Shown in pieces: positions 1-12,799 of a stretch of 64,000 nt of DNA (position 1 is its first letter; each line of letters begins with the position of its first letter). Source of the DNA: Lama glama. Taxonomy: Eukaryota. Location: contig CM052817.1 of NCBI GenBank assembly GCA_028534125.1, positions 47,680,001 through 47,744,000 of the forward strand. The letters are read 5' to 3'. The position numbers and the translations under genes were made by a program. The notes below the pieces were generated by a model. That model ran no database searches. It saw nothing but the letters and a program-made list of their open reading frames with translations, and was not told the origin of the DNA.

Positions 1-59
1 CAGTAATTCCATATTACAAAATAATGAGTTCTATTTGCTAAACAGATGTTTAGCAAAAC

Positions 60-560
60 ACCTGATAGCTTTTCTTTGTCCCTTCCCATCCACTCTCCAC
101 CCTTTCCCACCCTGCTCTGTGCCCTGGGAAGGGCAAGCTGACTTGTAAAGCCTGCATCAAGAAGGTCCCTGGCTCTGTGGTTCTGCCTGGATTCAGCTCA
201 TGGGGGCCCCCAGCAAGACAGTGTACAGAGGAAAGATAATGAGGCCAGTTTCTTTCCCTGGTCCCCTCTCTCTACAGGGTTGCCTTGGGATGCCTGTGTC
301 CTTTGATCAGGGTCACGTCTCCTCGCTCCAGGATTCTCTTCTCCCTGATTCAAGTGGCAGCTCCCTCCCATTGTCCCCTTGGGCTTAGGAGTGGTGGCAG
401 CTTTATTGCTCCTGTCTCTGAGTAACTTTACTATTACCTGTGGTTCTGCTGAAACTCACCAGCACCTTTCCAGAATAAGCTTTTTAAAATAGCACCTTTG
501 GCAATAAATTCATCACAAATTATCCAAATTAAAGTGTTCCATCTGTTTTTTATTGGGACT
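60..560 (+). mobile_element. ERVL LTR, LTR33-like
   Basis: Resembles recalled LTR33 consensus throughout (ccctttcccaccctgctctgtgccctggg ... aaattatccaaattaaagtgttccatctgttt...gggac); boundaries approximate. Confidence 0.7.
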
Positions 561-563
561 GTG

Positions 564-1228
564 TGTAAGACTCACGTACCTCCTCAGCTTCCCTGCATCC
601 TCAGCTGCCTGCTCTCTGTGCCTAAGTTGCCTCCACTCGGTCAACCCTCTGCTGGGACCTCTGTTGCCTCTGACCAGCCAATCTCTCACCCTGGGGGTGT
701 GGGGCCCTTTCCCTAACCTCCAGAACAATCAGGCTGACCTGCCACATGCCTAGAGGTTCTGATTCCTGCTACGCCTTCTGGGCTTAAATGAAATAGCACC
801 CCACGGGATTGAGATTTGGCATCCCAGACAACCACAGATGGGACCAAGTGATGAAATGAAACCCGGAAGTTGACGGTGGTTGACCAATGGGAAATAGGAG
901 ACAGGAGGGAGCGAGGCAGATCATGCTCTGATGCATGGTTTTTCCTTGCAGCCATCAAGAAAAGTCTCCCGGGCCGAGTACATTTACCCCCAAGAAATAT
1001 GTTGTGTCTATGGCTCATGGTGATGTGGCAGCCAGCGTGGTCAAGGACCACTCCCTAATGCTTCTCATTTTCCTTTGTCTCGCTGTCACTTATCCCACTT
1101 TGCTGCCTTGGGTTTACAAAGTCCAAAATAAGGCAGAGCACTTTCATTCTAGCCTGAGGCCCCGTTATGCAGAGACCCCTGGTTAAACCGTCACCTGGCT
1201 GCTACGGTAGGTAACAAAACCATGAACA
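564..1228 (+). mobile_element. probable LTR-like element, family not recognised
   Basis: Starts TGTAAGAC and ends ...TGAACA; GC/CpG-richer than the flanks; seems to interrupt the last bases of the LTR33-like element (gggact ... gacaataca); no clean TSD. Confidence 0.4.
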
Positions 1229-2003
1229 TAGAGACAATACAGTGAAATAGCCGAGAAAACCCAAGTTGTCCAGTGATAACCTCCTATCTTTCCTGACTAG
1301 TTAGTAGGGATGCCACCAGATGAGGTCAAGGAATGTCATCTTTGCTCTGTTCAAAGTTTCCTGATCCATTTTCCTGTGTTCCATGTCGTCTTTACTGGGC
1401 ATGGATGCATCCTTAGATTCGGGTATTTATATTAACTACAGTGTGTTCTCAATCTCTTTGACTTACTTAAAACCCACACACTAACATAAAGCCTTTATTA
1501 ATTGAATTAGTAAAGTGAAGTTAAAGTTGCAACCACTTCAGACTTAGGGAGAGAGTCACATTGTTGCCAAAAGCCTTCAGGTTAATCCTTAGACCCCAGC
1601 CTAGTCAGTAATTTTTGCTCTATATCTTGAAGCCTTTAATCTCTATAAATTACATACTACTAGTTTGCAAACAAAAATTCAAAAGATATAAAGAATGAAT
1701 GGAGAAACTGTCTAATAAAGCAGTATATTTTAAACAGTGAAATATTAGTTTAACAGGCATATGAGAAAACTTAAGATAGTTAATTGCAGTATCTGTATCA
1801 ATAAGAACAACCAGAACACTTGGTTATTTTGTTGTTGCTGCCACCACTGTTTTTGTTTTTGTTTTTTTTTCTCAAACCATTACCTAATCCTTTTTAGTCT
1901 ATACTCCTCTGGACTTGAGGTACAGTGGACTCATTATGGGCTTTCTTTGATTACCTAGGATGCCAAGGAGTTTCAGGGCTGTGATTATGAAGATCATTTT
2001 CCA

Positions 2004-2052
2004 GTGCTCATGTGCTCATGTGCTCATGAGCTCATAATAAATGTGCTCATGC
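2004..2052. repeat. short (TGTGCTCA)n tandem repeat
   Basis: gtgctcatgtgctcatgtgctcatgagctcat...atgtgctcat. Confidence 0.8.
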
Positions 2053-2484
2053 TTAACAGATGAGGTAACACTGTGCTTTGTAAACAATATATGCAAATAT
2101 AAGATAAAAACACCACTTATACAGGAGTGTAATTTATTTAAAAAATGTCCAGTGTATGCCAGTAATTCAAACTTAATTTCTTAAGAGTTGTTTAAAAAAT
2201 GGAATGCACAAAGCAAAAACTAGTTTACAAAGTTATGTTTTGTTGCATTCTTACTAATTGAACTCATTGATGACCAGTTGATCCAGTAAGTCATGCTTTA
2301 GAACTTACAGCTGCTACTTTTTAAAAACCCTGGTTTGCAAACTGTGCCTCACTGTATCAGATGCATTTTCAGAGATTCTAAAATCATATAGCACCCTCTC
2401 TCAAACAATAGCAGTTAAACTGCCTGAAGAAACAATTAACATTGAAATTCTTAGAAAACTTTCAGTTAAAAATATTATACTGTA

Positions 2485-2650
2485 ATAATGATGTGGCAAC
2501 ATAGGTTTAGTGAATGTAGCAAACTTGGCATTCTGGGGCAAGATGTAGGTTGTAGGGGCGGCTGTGTAGGGGGGCATAGGGAGTATATTGCAACTCTACT
2601 TTCCCACTCAATATTACTGTGAAACTAAAGCTGCTCTAAAAGTAAAACTT
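2485..2650 (+). mobile_element. old L1 (L1MC/MD-like) 3' end fragment
   Basis: gggggcatagggagtatattgcaactctactttcccactcaatattactgtgaaactaaagctgctctaaa; similar to the L1 end at about 31500-31600. Confidence 0.7.
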
Positions 2651-5600
2651 AGCCATAAGGAAAGCCTACCAAAATAGTTTGAAGCTAGTGATTATGAATA
2701 TTTTGTTTGCTTTTTATTTGTGCATAAAAATCAATAGCTATCATTTAGAAATGAGCCTAAAAGTGGAAAGAAACTTTTCCCTTAAGGCAAAAAAAAAAAA
2801 AAAAAAAAAGAAAGAAAGAAAAAGAAAAACTGGAAAATTTGTGAATACAGTAATAAATGAGTCAAATTTAGAAGAACAGAAGTAATCAAAAAACTAAGGT
2901 TGGAAGAGATGATACAATGTAAACAATACTCGAGGAAAAGTCTTCAATTTGATCACCCTGTCAGAATTCCCACGTTGGTAAGGAATAGTCCCATTGGTGC
3001 CTAAGGCACAGATGAAAAAAGAAAAGAGATGAAAAATCCTGTATTATCCAGTGACCTAGGATTTTTTACTGTTATTTTTTTTGATAAACATTTAAGCAAT
3101 GAGCTCAAGCTTCAGCTGGAATAGAAATAGATGATATTTAATGGAACTTAACTAATGCAATTTTAATTTCAAATTTATTCATTAAGCAACTTGTAATAGC
3201 TATGTGAATCACTGTAAATTTCTCTCCATCAAGTGCTAATGTATCTTTGAATATACATTGAAATTTTTGGTGATGTTACTTCATTCCAAATAGTCTTGTT
3301 TTTAGTACAAGTTTTTATAGCTAGCTTTTTTAATAGACATTATTAGTTATCCTATTATGATTTTATTATTAGTTACTCTGTCATTTTAATAACAAAATAT
3401 TATCCTGGTATATAAATATAGTTATAAATATACATGTTATAAAATATTTATGAATATATATATATATTTTGTTGTAGTTTATCTGCTTTTGCAAGATTTG
3501 CCAGAACAGTGACTTCTTTTTTGGTCTTCTCTGAGGATCTGAGTTTAGACTGGGATTTTCACAGTTTACATAGAGCCTAACAGTGTGTATTGTTGATATT
3601 CAATAGTAACCTACCATTATCTGTGTTCCTAATGACAGACAAGGCAGGGCTTGCTTTAAAGAGAAGTTGCTATTCAGGGACACACACACTTATTTTACCT
3701 CTAGCATCATAATGTGTTGTTCTGTCTTGTCTATTTCCACGGCTCCCCAGGACTCCTGATGTACCTAGCTGCTTACCCAAGTTACATGGATTTTCATAGT
3801 CAAAAAAAAAAAAAAAAAGGAAAGAAAAAGCTAAGCACCCATGGGGAAAAAAAAATACTACCCAAGCCTTTAAAAAAATAATCATAATCATAAATATACA
3901 GCTTAATGACTTGTCACAACATAAACCCACTCATGTAACTGCCACCCATGTCAAGAAATAACCATTCAGGTTTAAAGTAATATCACAATAACCTTAGTTG
4001 GGAACACCACTTGAGTTTTGGTGTTTGGAATAAAAATTTTGACAAAATGTTTGCATAGTTGTAGTTTCAAGGTATATTTAGATAAAAGAGTTTTAAATGT
4101 TGTATGTGCATTAGTCAATTTTCCCATATTTTAATGTGAAAAATAAGAAATACGAATATATATTTGTTCTATCAATGTGATTATGATGTGAAAACTAAAA
4201 AAAAAGTCCTTATGATGTGTAGCCTACAATAATTTCAGAACTGAATTAAATTGTAACTATGGTTTGTAAAAATCCTATTAAGAAATGAAGGGTTTTCTTC
4301 AAAAGGATGCTCATTTAAAAAATCTTTTGAAAGTTACGCTGATTTTTTTCTTCTATAGAACTTTTGCATAGGTACCATGTTCTTTATTTCCTGCCATTTC
4401 TTCCTCCCTTCCTTCTCTTTCCCTTTTATTCATCTTTAATGAGAGGAGGTTTATCTAGCATTACTGAAGTCTTAAAGTCATCAGGGTAGCTGGTTCCAGG
4501 GTAGACTCAAGTTTCCTGAACAAGGTTAAAATGTCATGCATAGAATGTATGCTGAAGTCCTGATTAATAGTGGTTACATTATGCTTGGAGTCATCCAAAT
4601 AGCCTGAAGGTATGAAGAGAGGCAGGTCATTTTAAGAGTTTTTTACTTTTTCTCCATGGAGGTTAAAGCACTGCCCCTGCAGTCACTCTCTCTCTGCTCA
4701 GCTGTTTTCTTCTTCAAGGATTATATGCACCGTAACTTTTCATCTTGGTTTTCCATCTGCCTTGCAGATGACTTAGACTCTGTCATTATCAGGTTGGGTG
4801 CCCTGCTTTGGAATGGAGTGGGGGAACTGAGTGAGAGACCTGTCCTAATACTGAAGGCTTTTTATTTGAGTGCTTACCTGTTTTACACACCAACAGCCAC
4901 TCACCTTTTGACTATTGGTTAATATTTGCACATTGCCTTCCAGTGCCTCTCTTCCTTTGGCATGGGTGGCCTCAATACAAGAATGGTTCCCCCTCATCAA
5001 AGTGAGCTTACTCACTGTTAATGGACCCTGTCGGTAAACAATGGAAAATTAACATTTCCTTTCACGACTGTTTGTTCAGGGGAAGGGACTCTAAGTATGT
5101 GTCAACTCTTTTCACTTCCAAGATCTACTTTGCTGAAGAACCTTGGACAATCCTACCTTAGAAAACTAGTGGGGGTCTTTGGCCAATTTCTGGGTGATAA
5201 TGTGTATTTCTTGGTGAACATGTGAATGCTGGTTACTTGAGTAGCATGAATCAGAAAGGTCATAGTATTCTGTTCCTTCTAAATTAATTTACGAAAGTTC
5301 TGACTAGGGCAAAGAATAAAAGTGTAACATCTTCCTTGGTTTTAGGGCGTACGTGGTGATAATTCTTTTTTATCTTATTTTGTAAGAGCTCTGTTAGAGA
5401 ACAGATGACACTGTCTTTGCTATGCTCAAAATGAGAAAGGACAAGTTGAATCAGGCATCCGTCATGATCAGTCACCTTATATACAGAGGGAGAAGCAGTG
5501 ACTGGACCAGGTCCAGGACACTTTCAATGTAGGAGCATCCTTCTTTGCCCTTCATAAAACTAGGAGGGGTGGGTAGTTTGGAGAAAGTCTCAAGTCTCTG

Positions 5601-5953
5601 CTAGAAATTTGAAACAGTGTCATCATTAAGACAAACCTTACCATAAAGGAAAAGTACAGGTAATTATCTAATTATTACTTAGAAAATGAAGGGACTTGAC
5701 TGAAAAACTGTACTGATTCTGAGTTTATTAGTATTTTATTTTTTTTAAAAAAAGTAATTTTGGGTGTAGTGAAGAGAAGGGAATCACCTCAATTTTTGGT
5801 GAAAAATTCCCCTCGGTCATTCTCTCGCGCCTCTATGTCTGTTAACATGAAAGGATACTGTTGAGCTTTATCAGAACTGCCTTCACTTTCTGCAACAGCA
5901 AACTGACCTCTTGGGAAGAGGAGTAGGAGCTGGTTCTTTGTGTTTCCTAATAT

Positions 5954-6663
5954 TGTTGCCAAAAGATCAGCCCCCGTCCCTGAGGAGCCAAATAACTCAG
6001 AGTCAGGGTCTCGGAGCTTAGGAGAAAAGAGGCAGCTTTATTGCTTTGCCAGGCAAAGGGGCCTCACAGCAGGCTAGTGCCTTCAGAATTGAAGTCTTGG
6101 GGATGAGGGTGATTATACAGCCATAGCTCAAACAATGAAGCATCGATAACAATCAACAGAATTATTTTCTTCTCGTAAGACTCAAGAGTGGCGTCATGGT
6201 GTCTCCAGGTGACTACGTCTATAGAAGCTAGTGGTTGTCGCTCTTTTCAATCTCTTTTCTTATAAGCGCCCAAGACATGGTCTTTTTGGTAATTAATGCT
6301 ATGTTGTAAGGTTACAGTCCCATGACCTTCTCCCTGGTGATCGAACTCAGACACCAAGCATGATTATTACTTTTGATTACTGGAATAAAGTAGAAACAGT
6401 TAAAATTATTTTAACGGTGGGCCTGGAGCTGTGAGTAGCAACCGGGCAGTCAGGTTAGTTGACTGTTTTAAGGGCAAGCATAAGAATAAGTGATCTGTTA
6501 GCCTAAGTGCAGCCATTTTTATTAATTTTCCTTCAAAATTTATAAATTCTGTTCTATTTGACAGAATTGCCTGGGAGTTTGCATTGTTGAAAATTAGTAG
6601 TTTTAGCATTAATAACTCCGGTCACCTCTGTGTCTAGGAGTTTTCTCTGAGTGTTTGTTTCCA
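5954..6663 (-). mobile_element. ERV1-type solo LTR
   Basis: TG...CA termini; flanks atat/ttat (4-bp TSD, 1 mismatch); minus-strand AATAAA at 6037-6042 with a TATA-like motif about 70 bp upstream; R/U5 end homologous to 10498-11081. Confidence 0.85.
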
Positions 6664-6699
6664 TTATTCTCTGGGATTTGATGGGTTGGGAAGTGGAAA

Positions 6700-7400
6700 T
6701 AGCTAAGTAAACAAATAAATGATGTAATATCAGTTAGTGACAGAGGCTATAAAAAAAATAGAACAAGGGATTTGAAAGCAATTAGGAGAGAAACTTTTAG
6801 GTGAGTGGTAGGAAAGAGTTTCTTGAAGAGGAGACATATTAACAGAGATTTAAAGAGGAGCCAGGGGTGACAAAATGAAAAGATGAGGAAATGAGGCAGG
6901 AGACAGACAGGGCTAGAGCACGTAGACCATTATAAGGAATTTGAATTTAATTTCAAGTTTACTGAAAGACGATTGGAAAGTTTTAAAAAGGAAAGTGACA
7001 TGATATGATTTATGCTTTCAAAAGTTCATCCCAGCTACTGGGTAGAAAATGTCCAGTGGGGAGGCAAAAGTACTGGACACAGAAAAGTAAAGGAGGCGGC
7101 ATTTGTGATAGTGCAGGGTACAGATGCACATGATTCGACCTGGAGTAGTTCACACAGTGATGGAGATAAATTATCAGGTCATCACATGCTTTAAAGGATT
7201 TACTTTAAGTTGGAAGTGGCTGTGGCTGTAGGTGTGGTGCAACCCAGCGGAGAGGGGAGTGGAAGGAGAAAGTGACCAGTAGTAAAGGCAAGAAAGCAAC
7301 CAAGGGTAACGTAGGGTTATAACCCAGGTAGCTGAAGGAAGGTATTAAAAAATCAGTGAACTCCAGGAAAAATAGTCAGTCATGTGGAATAGAAGCCAAG
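6700..7400 (-). mobile_element. L2 LINE fragment
   Basis: Purine-rich L2 antisense pattern (gaccattataaggaatttgaattt...ggaaagtgacatgatatgatttatg). Confidence 0.65.
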
Positions 7401-7802
7401 CTCAGAGTAACCCTTCATAAATTTAGATGTTTAACTCTTTCCTGGAATGTTCTGTTTATTGTTACATTCTGAAACATAAAAGGGAAATGTAAAAACTGAA
7501 CTTTTTGCACATATTAATTTGTATGAAAATCATTAAAGAAATTGAGATAATTTTAAAAAATACAGATGAAGGGTAAAGATAGTAGACTTAAAGCATGTTG
7601 TTATAACACGGAAGTAGAAGTTTACCTTTTAAAAACATTGACATATAGCAGAAATGAGTCAGTTTAGACATTGGAGAGACAATTCATGTACTCAGATAAG
7701 TCATGAAAAAATGTTCTGCAGAAAGAACTAAATATAATTATAATAATAAGAGACAAATTGGCCCATTCAGTGAACCAGTGACACAAATCTCAATTTTACT
7801 AC

Positions 7803-8263
7803 TGTTGCTGTGAGGGAAAACTGACCCCTGGTAAACCCTGGGGCAGCTTAGTAAGAGGGTGTGAGAAAGATTTATTTTAGGATCTGGGCTTCGTGTTAGG
7901 TGGTTGAGGGGAGGGTTTAACAAAGCAGGGCTGGCTTGGATGCTGTCAGGAAGTGGAGGATAATTCTGTAATTTGATATCTTAATAAATCTTATCGGGAA
8001 GGTAGGAAGGATGAAGTGAAGTTAGAGCTGATAACAAAACAGCAGTCACTTAGCTGGAAATTGGAGATTTGTGTGTGTGTGTATGTGGTTTATACAATAT
8101 GTGTATTTCTGTCTGTGTTCAGACAGGATTACACAATAACCTTGTTTTTGCCATGTCTGATGTCAGTCCTCTGGGAAGTGGTACCTGTCCAGCGAAAGGA
8201 TACCAAGACCTGGCAATGAGTGTCAGGCCAGCTACTGGTGGGCAGGGGTAGTTTGTCTTTCTA
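7803..8263 (-). mobile_element. ancient solo LTR (family uncertain)
   Basis: TGTTG start, minus-strand AATAAA at 7871-7876, body resembles an old eutherian LTR consensus. Confidence 0.6.
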
Positions 8264-9504
8264 GGACTGGCGTGATGAGCGACTTCCCCACGTACCTGTG
8301 TTTCTAGCCTCCCTTTGCATAGATTCCTTGTATTTATTTCTTCATTTTAGGTAATAGTGAGGAACTGAATATATACCCTCCTAGTGTTATATTACCAATA
8401 ATATCTCTTTTACTTACGAAAAGGAAAGTTTTCTTTTAACTTGGCATTTCTCTTATTTTTCATCCTTAAAATATTATTTTGAAATGAGAGAGGCAATTGT
8501 GTGTGAAAATTAATGTTAAGAAAATGTTATAACATAGCAGCTGGAGGACTCAAAATTATTCTCTACCATTCTAATTTGTTTTTAGAATCTACTGAAATGC
8601 CATTTTAAAAGTAAAAATATAGAACATGTAAAAATGCATGATTTTTCTATATTTGAAATTTCATATTGTCAATGGAAAATAATGCACAACCTAAAAGTTA
8701 AGAATTAGATTTCATTTGATGGACTTGCTAAGGTTTTAAGCCCAGGAGACAGCCTCTCAGATAGCTCTGAGGGATTGTTGTGAAGAGGTAGGTGATGAGC
8801 CAGGATATATGAGTTTTTGCAACAAAAACCAGGTAGTCTGAACATCAAAAGATTACTATTAAAGAAAACCCAAACACATCAAGTTAATGAATTTAGCACT
8901 TTTCTATGTATGTGAAGATGCAAGAGTCTGAGCTCACAGAAGGTATTTCATTGATATGCACCTAGCTGTCTAGGGCCAGTATCCATTGTTTTTCATCCTG
9001 TATCATCTCAGGGGGCACAGTGGTAGGGGGAAGGGCTGCAGTGCCTGATAGCTTGGTGGCTGCAACATACTTTCTTTAATGATATGGCAGGTGACTTTCT
9101 TCACAGTGTCTCATCTTGGTTATAAACTCAGTCAATGTTTGGGAAGCATTTCATGACCAATTTTGTCCCACAATGCTTGGAAGGCTCATTCCTAGATCAG
9201 GTGAAGATTCTGTTCAAAGGCCACTAAATGTGTTAATTTTTGGATTAGGCCCTGTTGATAATCTAAAATTCTCTGGATCACTTGTCTATTATGATTGAAG
9301 AAATGTTTTTCCTTTTTGCTTCTTCCCATATCTAGAGTTGCACTATTATAATTATTCAATGTACAGTTATATGTTTGATAAACTGCATCAAGACTCTAAG
9401 CCATCATTAATTTTGTCAGGCCTGACACATTGGGTAATGCAAGTGACAATCTTATAAAATAGACAGAGTAAGTAATATAGCAAGTAACATTCATAAGGTC
9501 ATAG

Positions 9505-10096
9505 TGGTACAGGAAAAACAAATGTGGGGCGAGAGGAGGGCCATGGCCCAGGTCTTGGATGAGTCCCTGGGATGTGCCCTGCCAAGTGTGGGTCCCTGGC
9601 TTCGTTCAGGAGAGAATTCAGGAGTGAGCCACGGTTGAATAAAGATTTATTTAGAGAGATGCACACTACATAGAGTATGGGCTGTTTCAGAAGGTGAGAG
9701 AAAGGCCCCGAGGTGTGGAGTTGCGTGTTCAGGTTAAAGTAAAAGATAGCACACTCCGTAGACAGAGTGTGGGCTGCCTCTGGGCACGAGGGCGCAAGAG
9801 TGGCTGTGAGGCGTGGTGGTACTAGTTTTTACAGGCTACACTGGGAACGGGCTGGGATTCCTAGGAATTGGGCCGCTGCCCACTCTTTGAACATTTATGG
9901 TTAGGCTCAAAGCTGTCATAGCCTGGGGGAGTGTCATTTACTATGTTAATATATTACAATGAGTGTATAATGAAGCTCAAGGTCTAGTAGAAGTCAAATC
10001 TCCCACCTACTGGGAGTTGAATCTTCCACCATTTTGGTGTTAATTGCTGTGTCATTCCTTGAATGGTTGTGCCCTGCCTCCTTCCCTCTTGTCTCA
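9505..10096 (-). mobile_element. ERV1-type solo LTR nested in outer provirus
   Basis: TG...CA termini; flanks atag/gtag (4-bp TSD, 1 mismatch); minus-strand AATAAA at 9646-9651; internal imperfect duplication (gcacact...agagt.tgggctg at about 9660 and 9750). Confidence 0.85.
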
Positions 10097-10497
10097 GTAG
10101 TATAGAGATTGAAAGCATAAACAATTTTAAAACAAAGAGGTCAAATTAAGACAATGATCAGTATAACTAGTTGTAATCTAGTCACAATAAAGCATCAAGT
10201 CCACAGGGGATCCAGCTGGAGAGGCCAAATTCTGGAAGGATCAGGTAGAGAAAAAAAGATGAAGTATACTTTCATAAATGAAGATGAAATATTTATCAAC
10301 TTGTTGGTCATAGCATAAGAGGCAAGGTTTTGCTTTTTTCCTGGGAAATAAATATAATTTTATGGCTTTTTCTAAAATACACTGCCTTTTAATCTTTATC
10401 AGTTCATTCAGTCCCATGTAATTAATGCCAGTTGATCTGGATGAAATCTTCAGGTTTTTTATTTGAGTTTGTCATTTCTTACCCAGTTCAGTGGTAT

Positions 10498-11081
10498 TGT
10501 TACTGAAAAATCAGCCTCTGTACCCCAAAAAGCAAATTCAAACTTGGAGGCAGAGTTTTGAGAGCAAAGAAAAGAGCAGTTTCATTGCTTTGCCCAGCAA
10601 AGGGAGTCACAGCAGGCTCATGCCTTAAAGCCTAGGAGCCCATCTTGGCACTGGGGCTTGGTGATTATATAGGCAAACAGGATGGAGCATGTCAGTGATA
10701 AGGAACCATAGACTCTTTTCATCTTATGTCATGGGAACTTTTGCTGATCTGTCACGCAGGTTGTTGCCCAAGGCCTTGGCGTTATCTGGTCTGATCCCTC
10801 TGGTGTTGGTGTCACAGGGGCTGGAGGATCTGGCCATTACTTCAGGGTTATTGTTCCATGACCTTTTGGGAAAATAACTTGGTGTAAGTTATTTAGGGTA
10901 CAGCGTAAATCATAGGGTTAGGGTTGCTAAGCATGTAGTCATTCAGGCCAATTAAATGATTGATAGGAAGGAGAAAAAGAAGTTAGTCAATTAGAAGTAA
11001 CTTAAAGAAAACAAGTTAATTAATCACCATAAATTCTTAAAGCTGCCTTAATGTCAGGGAAGCCAATTTCTGACTCCTTCA
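10498..11081 (-). mobile_element. ERV1-type solo LTR nested in outer provirus
   Basis: TG...CA termini; homologous to 5954-6663 (attgctttgcc..gcaaaggg..tcacagcaggct.atgcctt); host sequence resumes collinearly; TSD degenerate. Confidence 0.8.
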
Positions 11082-11185
11082 GGAGGATCTAAAACTTATC
11101 AGAAAATTTGTTAGTGTCCATTTTATGAATCTTCTTGAAGATCTTCACTTTATAAAAGCATAAGAGTAAAACAGTCTATCTATGA

Positions 11186-11634
11186 CGTTGATTGAAGTAA
11201 AATCACACAACGTGAGAGCTGTGGGCAAAGTGAGGACTGCAGCCCGGGAGACATCATCCCAGAGAGCTCTGAGAAACTGCTCCAAAGAGGTGGGGGAGAA
11301 CTCGGTATTATATACGACTTCAGTGAAGGGGGTGCGTGCAGTCCAGCACACATCTAGGCAGAGGCTTGCTGCTGGGCACGAGGAGCAGACGTCACCGTTC
11401 ATGATTTCAGTGCTTTTCTAGATATGAGGAGATGCAAGAATTGCGGGTCATAAAATCTTCTCCTGAAAATATCTATGTGAAGCCTGTTCAGCCAGTTTTC
11501 CCAGAGCACAGAGTGCCTCATTCCTGTCCTTACACCCTGAACTCCTTTCAGGGTGTGCTGGAGGTCAGCGGCTGCAGCCGCTCATGATTTAATCCACGTG
11601 AAGTTAGATGGCAAGTGCCAGTTTTTAGTTAGCA
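11186..11634 (-). repeat. 3' LTR of inner provirus
   Basis: Direct repeat of 18106-18597 (roughly 87% identity by manual alignment); preceded on the minus strand by atgagggggccc (PPT-like). Confidence 0.95.
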
Positions 11635-11962
11635 GGGCCCCCTCATGGCCATAAATTTGCCCATAGTTTGGAAGACATCTCATGACCATTTCGTCCCACA
11701 GTACTAGGAATGCTTATTCCTGGGTCAGGCGAGGATTTCACTGACAGGCCACTCAGTGTGCTGTTACAGGAGGAGGCCTCATCAACAGTAGCAGAAAGTC
11801 TCTGGACCACCTGTCTCACTAGCCTATTACGGTCCAGGAAAATATTCCCTCGTGTGGCTTCTTCCCATGTCTAGACTTGCACTGTAACATCCATTGGTCT
11901 CATACGGAAGTATATATCTGGTCTACTGTTTCAATTTGCCTAGTCATTATTTTATCAGAGCC

Positions 11963-12368
11963 TCAGTCACACATTTGGTAATGCAAGAAACAATTTTGTA
12001 AAACAGGCAAAATATAAGTAATAGTTAGCAGTATTAGTAAGGTCATAAGTAAGAATTTAAAGCCAAGAACTTCCATTAGGTATGGCCCAGTGTATCCCCA
12101 GGTCATCTGACTTTGCTGTTCTGTACCAAATCTTATCGTTAAAGAAGATGTTATGTAGGCATTGCTCCAAACGCACCCAGCCAGATTTCCCAGTGTTATT
12201 AGGTTGGTTATCCTTGGCATAGTTTGATTTTTCCCAGCATAAATTTGAATGACCATAGCCTGGTGTTAACCATATAGGTCCTTCCCATAAAGGAGGGAAC
12301 TTACATATTCTTTGGCTGAAACGCTTGTTGCCTTGAATGGGAGTGAGTGCCCTTATAAGAAAATTCAT
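11963..12368 (-). pseudogene. env: ERV env remnant: SU fragment joined to membrane-spanning segment
   Basis: ORF 12057-12368 LWEGPIWLTP...LCWEK...GW...C...IHWAIPNGSSWL resembles gamma-type SU; the overlapping frame gives hydrophobic FLLMTLLILLTITYIL; no furin site, ISD or CX6CC seen. Confidence 0.75.
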
Positions 12369-12799
12369 ATTTATGGCCAGGGTCAGGGCAGGTATTATTA
12401 ATTGGCCAGGTGAGGGGATTCCACCTGGTAATATTAATAGTGGCCTAAATAGAACTATAATTTCTTTCTTCTAGAATACATTTTCTAAGGACTATCTAGT
12501 TAGAACCTTAGAGTGGAGAAGCCTATGAAGGTAAACCAGCAGTACTGGATATGGGTAATTGACCATAAAGCTAACAGTTGGATTAACTTTAACTCTACAT
12601 AAGGTTGTGAAATACATTTAGTTCATAAGTGAAAGTGTGAGCAGTTATCAGGTGTACAGGCCTGGTCTGGTGTCTTGGGTCAGCTGTCTACCTCAGATGT
12701 CATCGTTTTCTCATCCTGGTCTGGTAGCTTCTCCTTTGAGCATTGTTTTAAGGTGATTTTAAGGTCAGCAGTCCTCTCTATAGGCTGGTCCATTGCAAA

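Noticed and set aside
34..57. Perfect 11-bp inverted repeat tttgctaaaca-ga-tgtttagcaaa
   Set aside because: Real but isolated and AT-rich, with no context suggesting function
2789..2830. Long poly(A)/GAAA run as a processed-pseudogene tail
   Set aside because: No recognisable retrocopy upstream and no TSD
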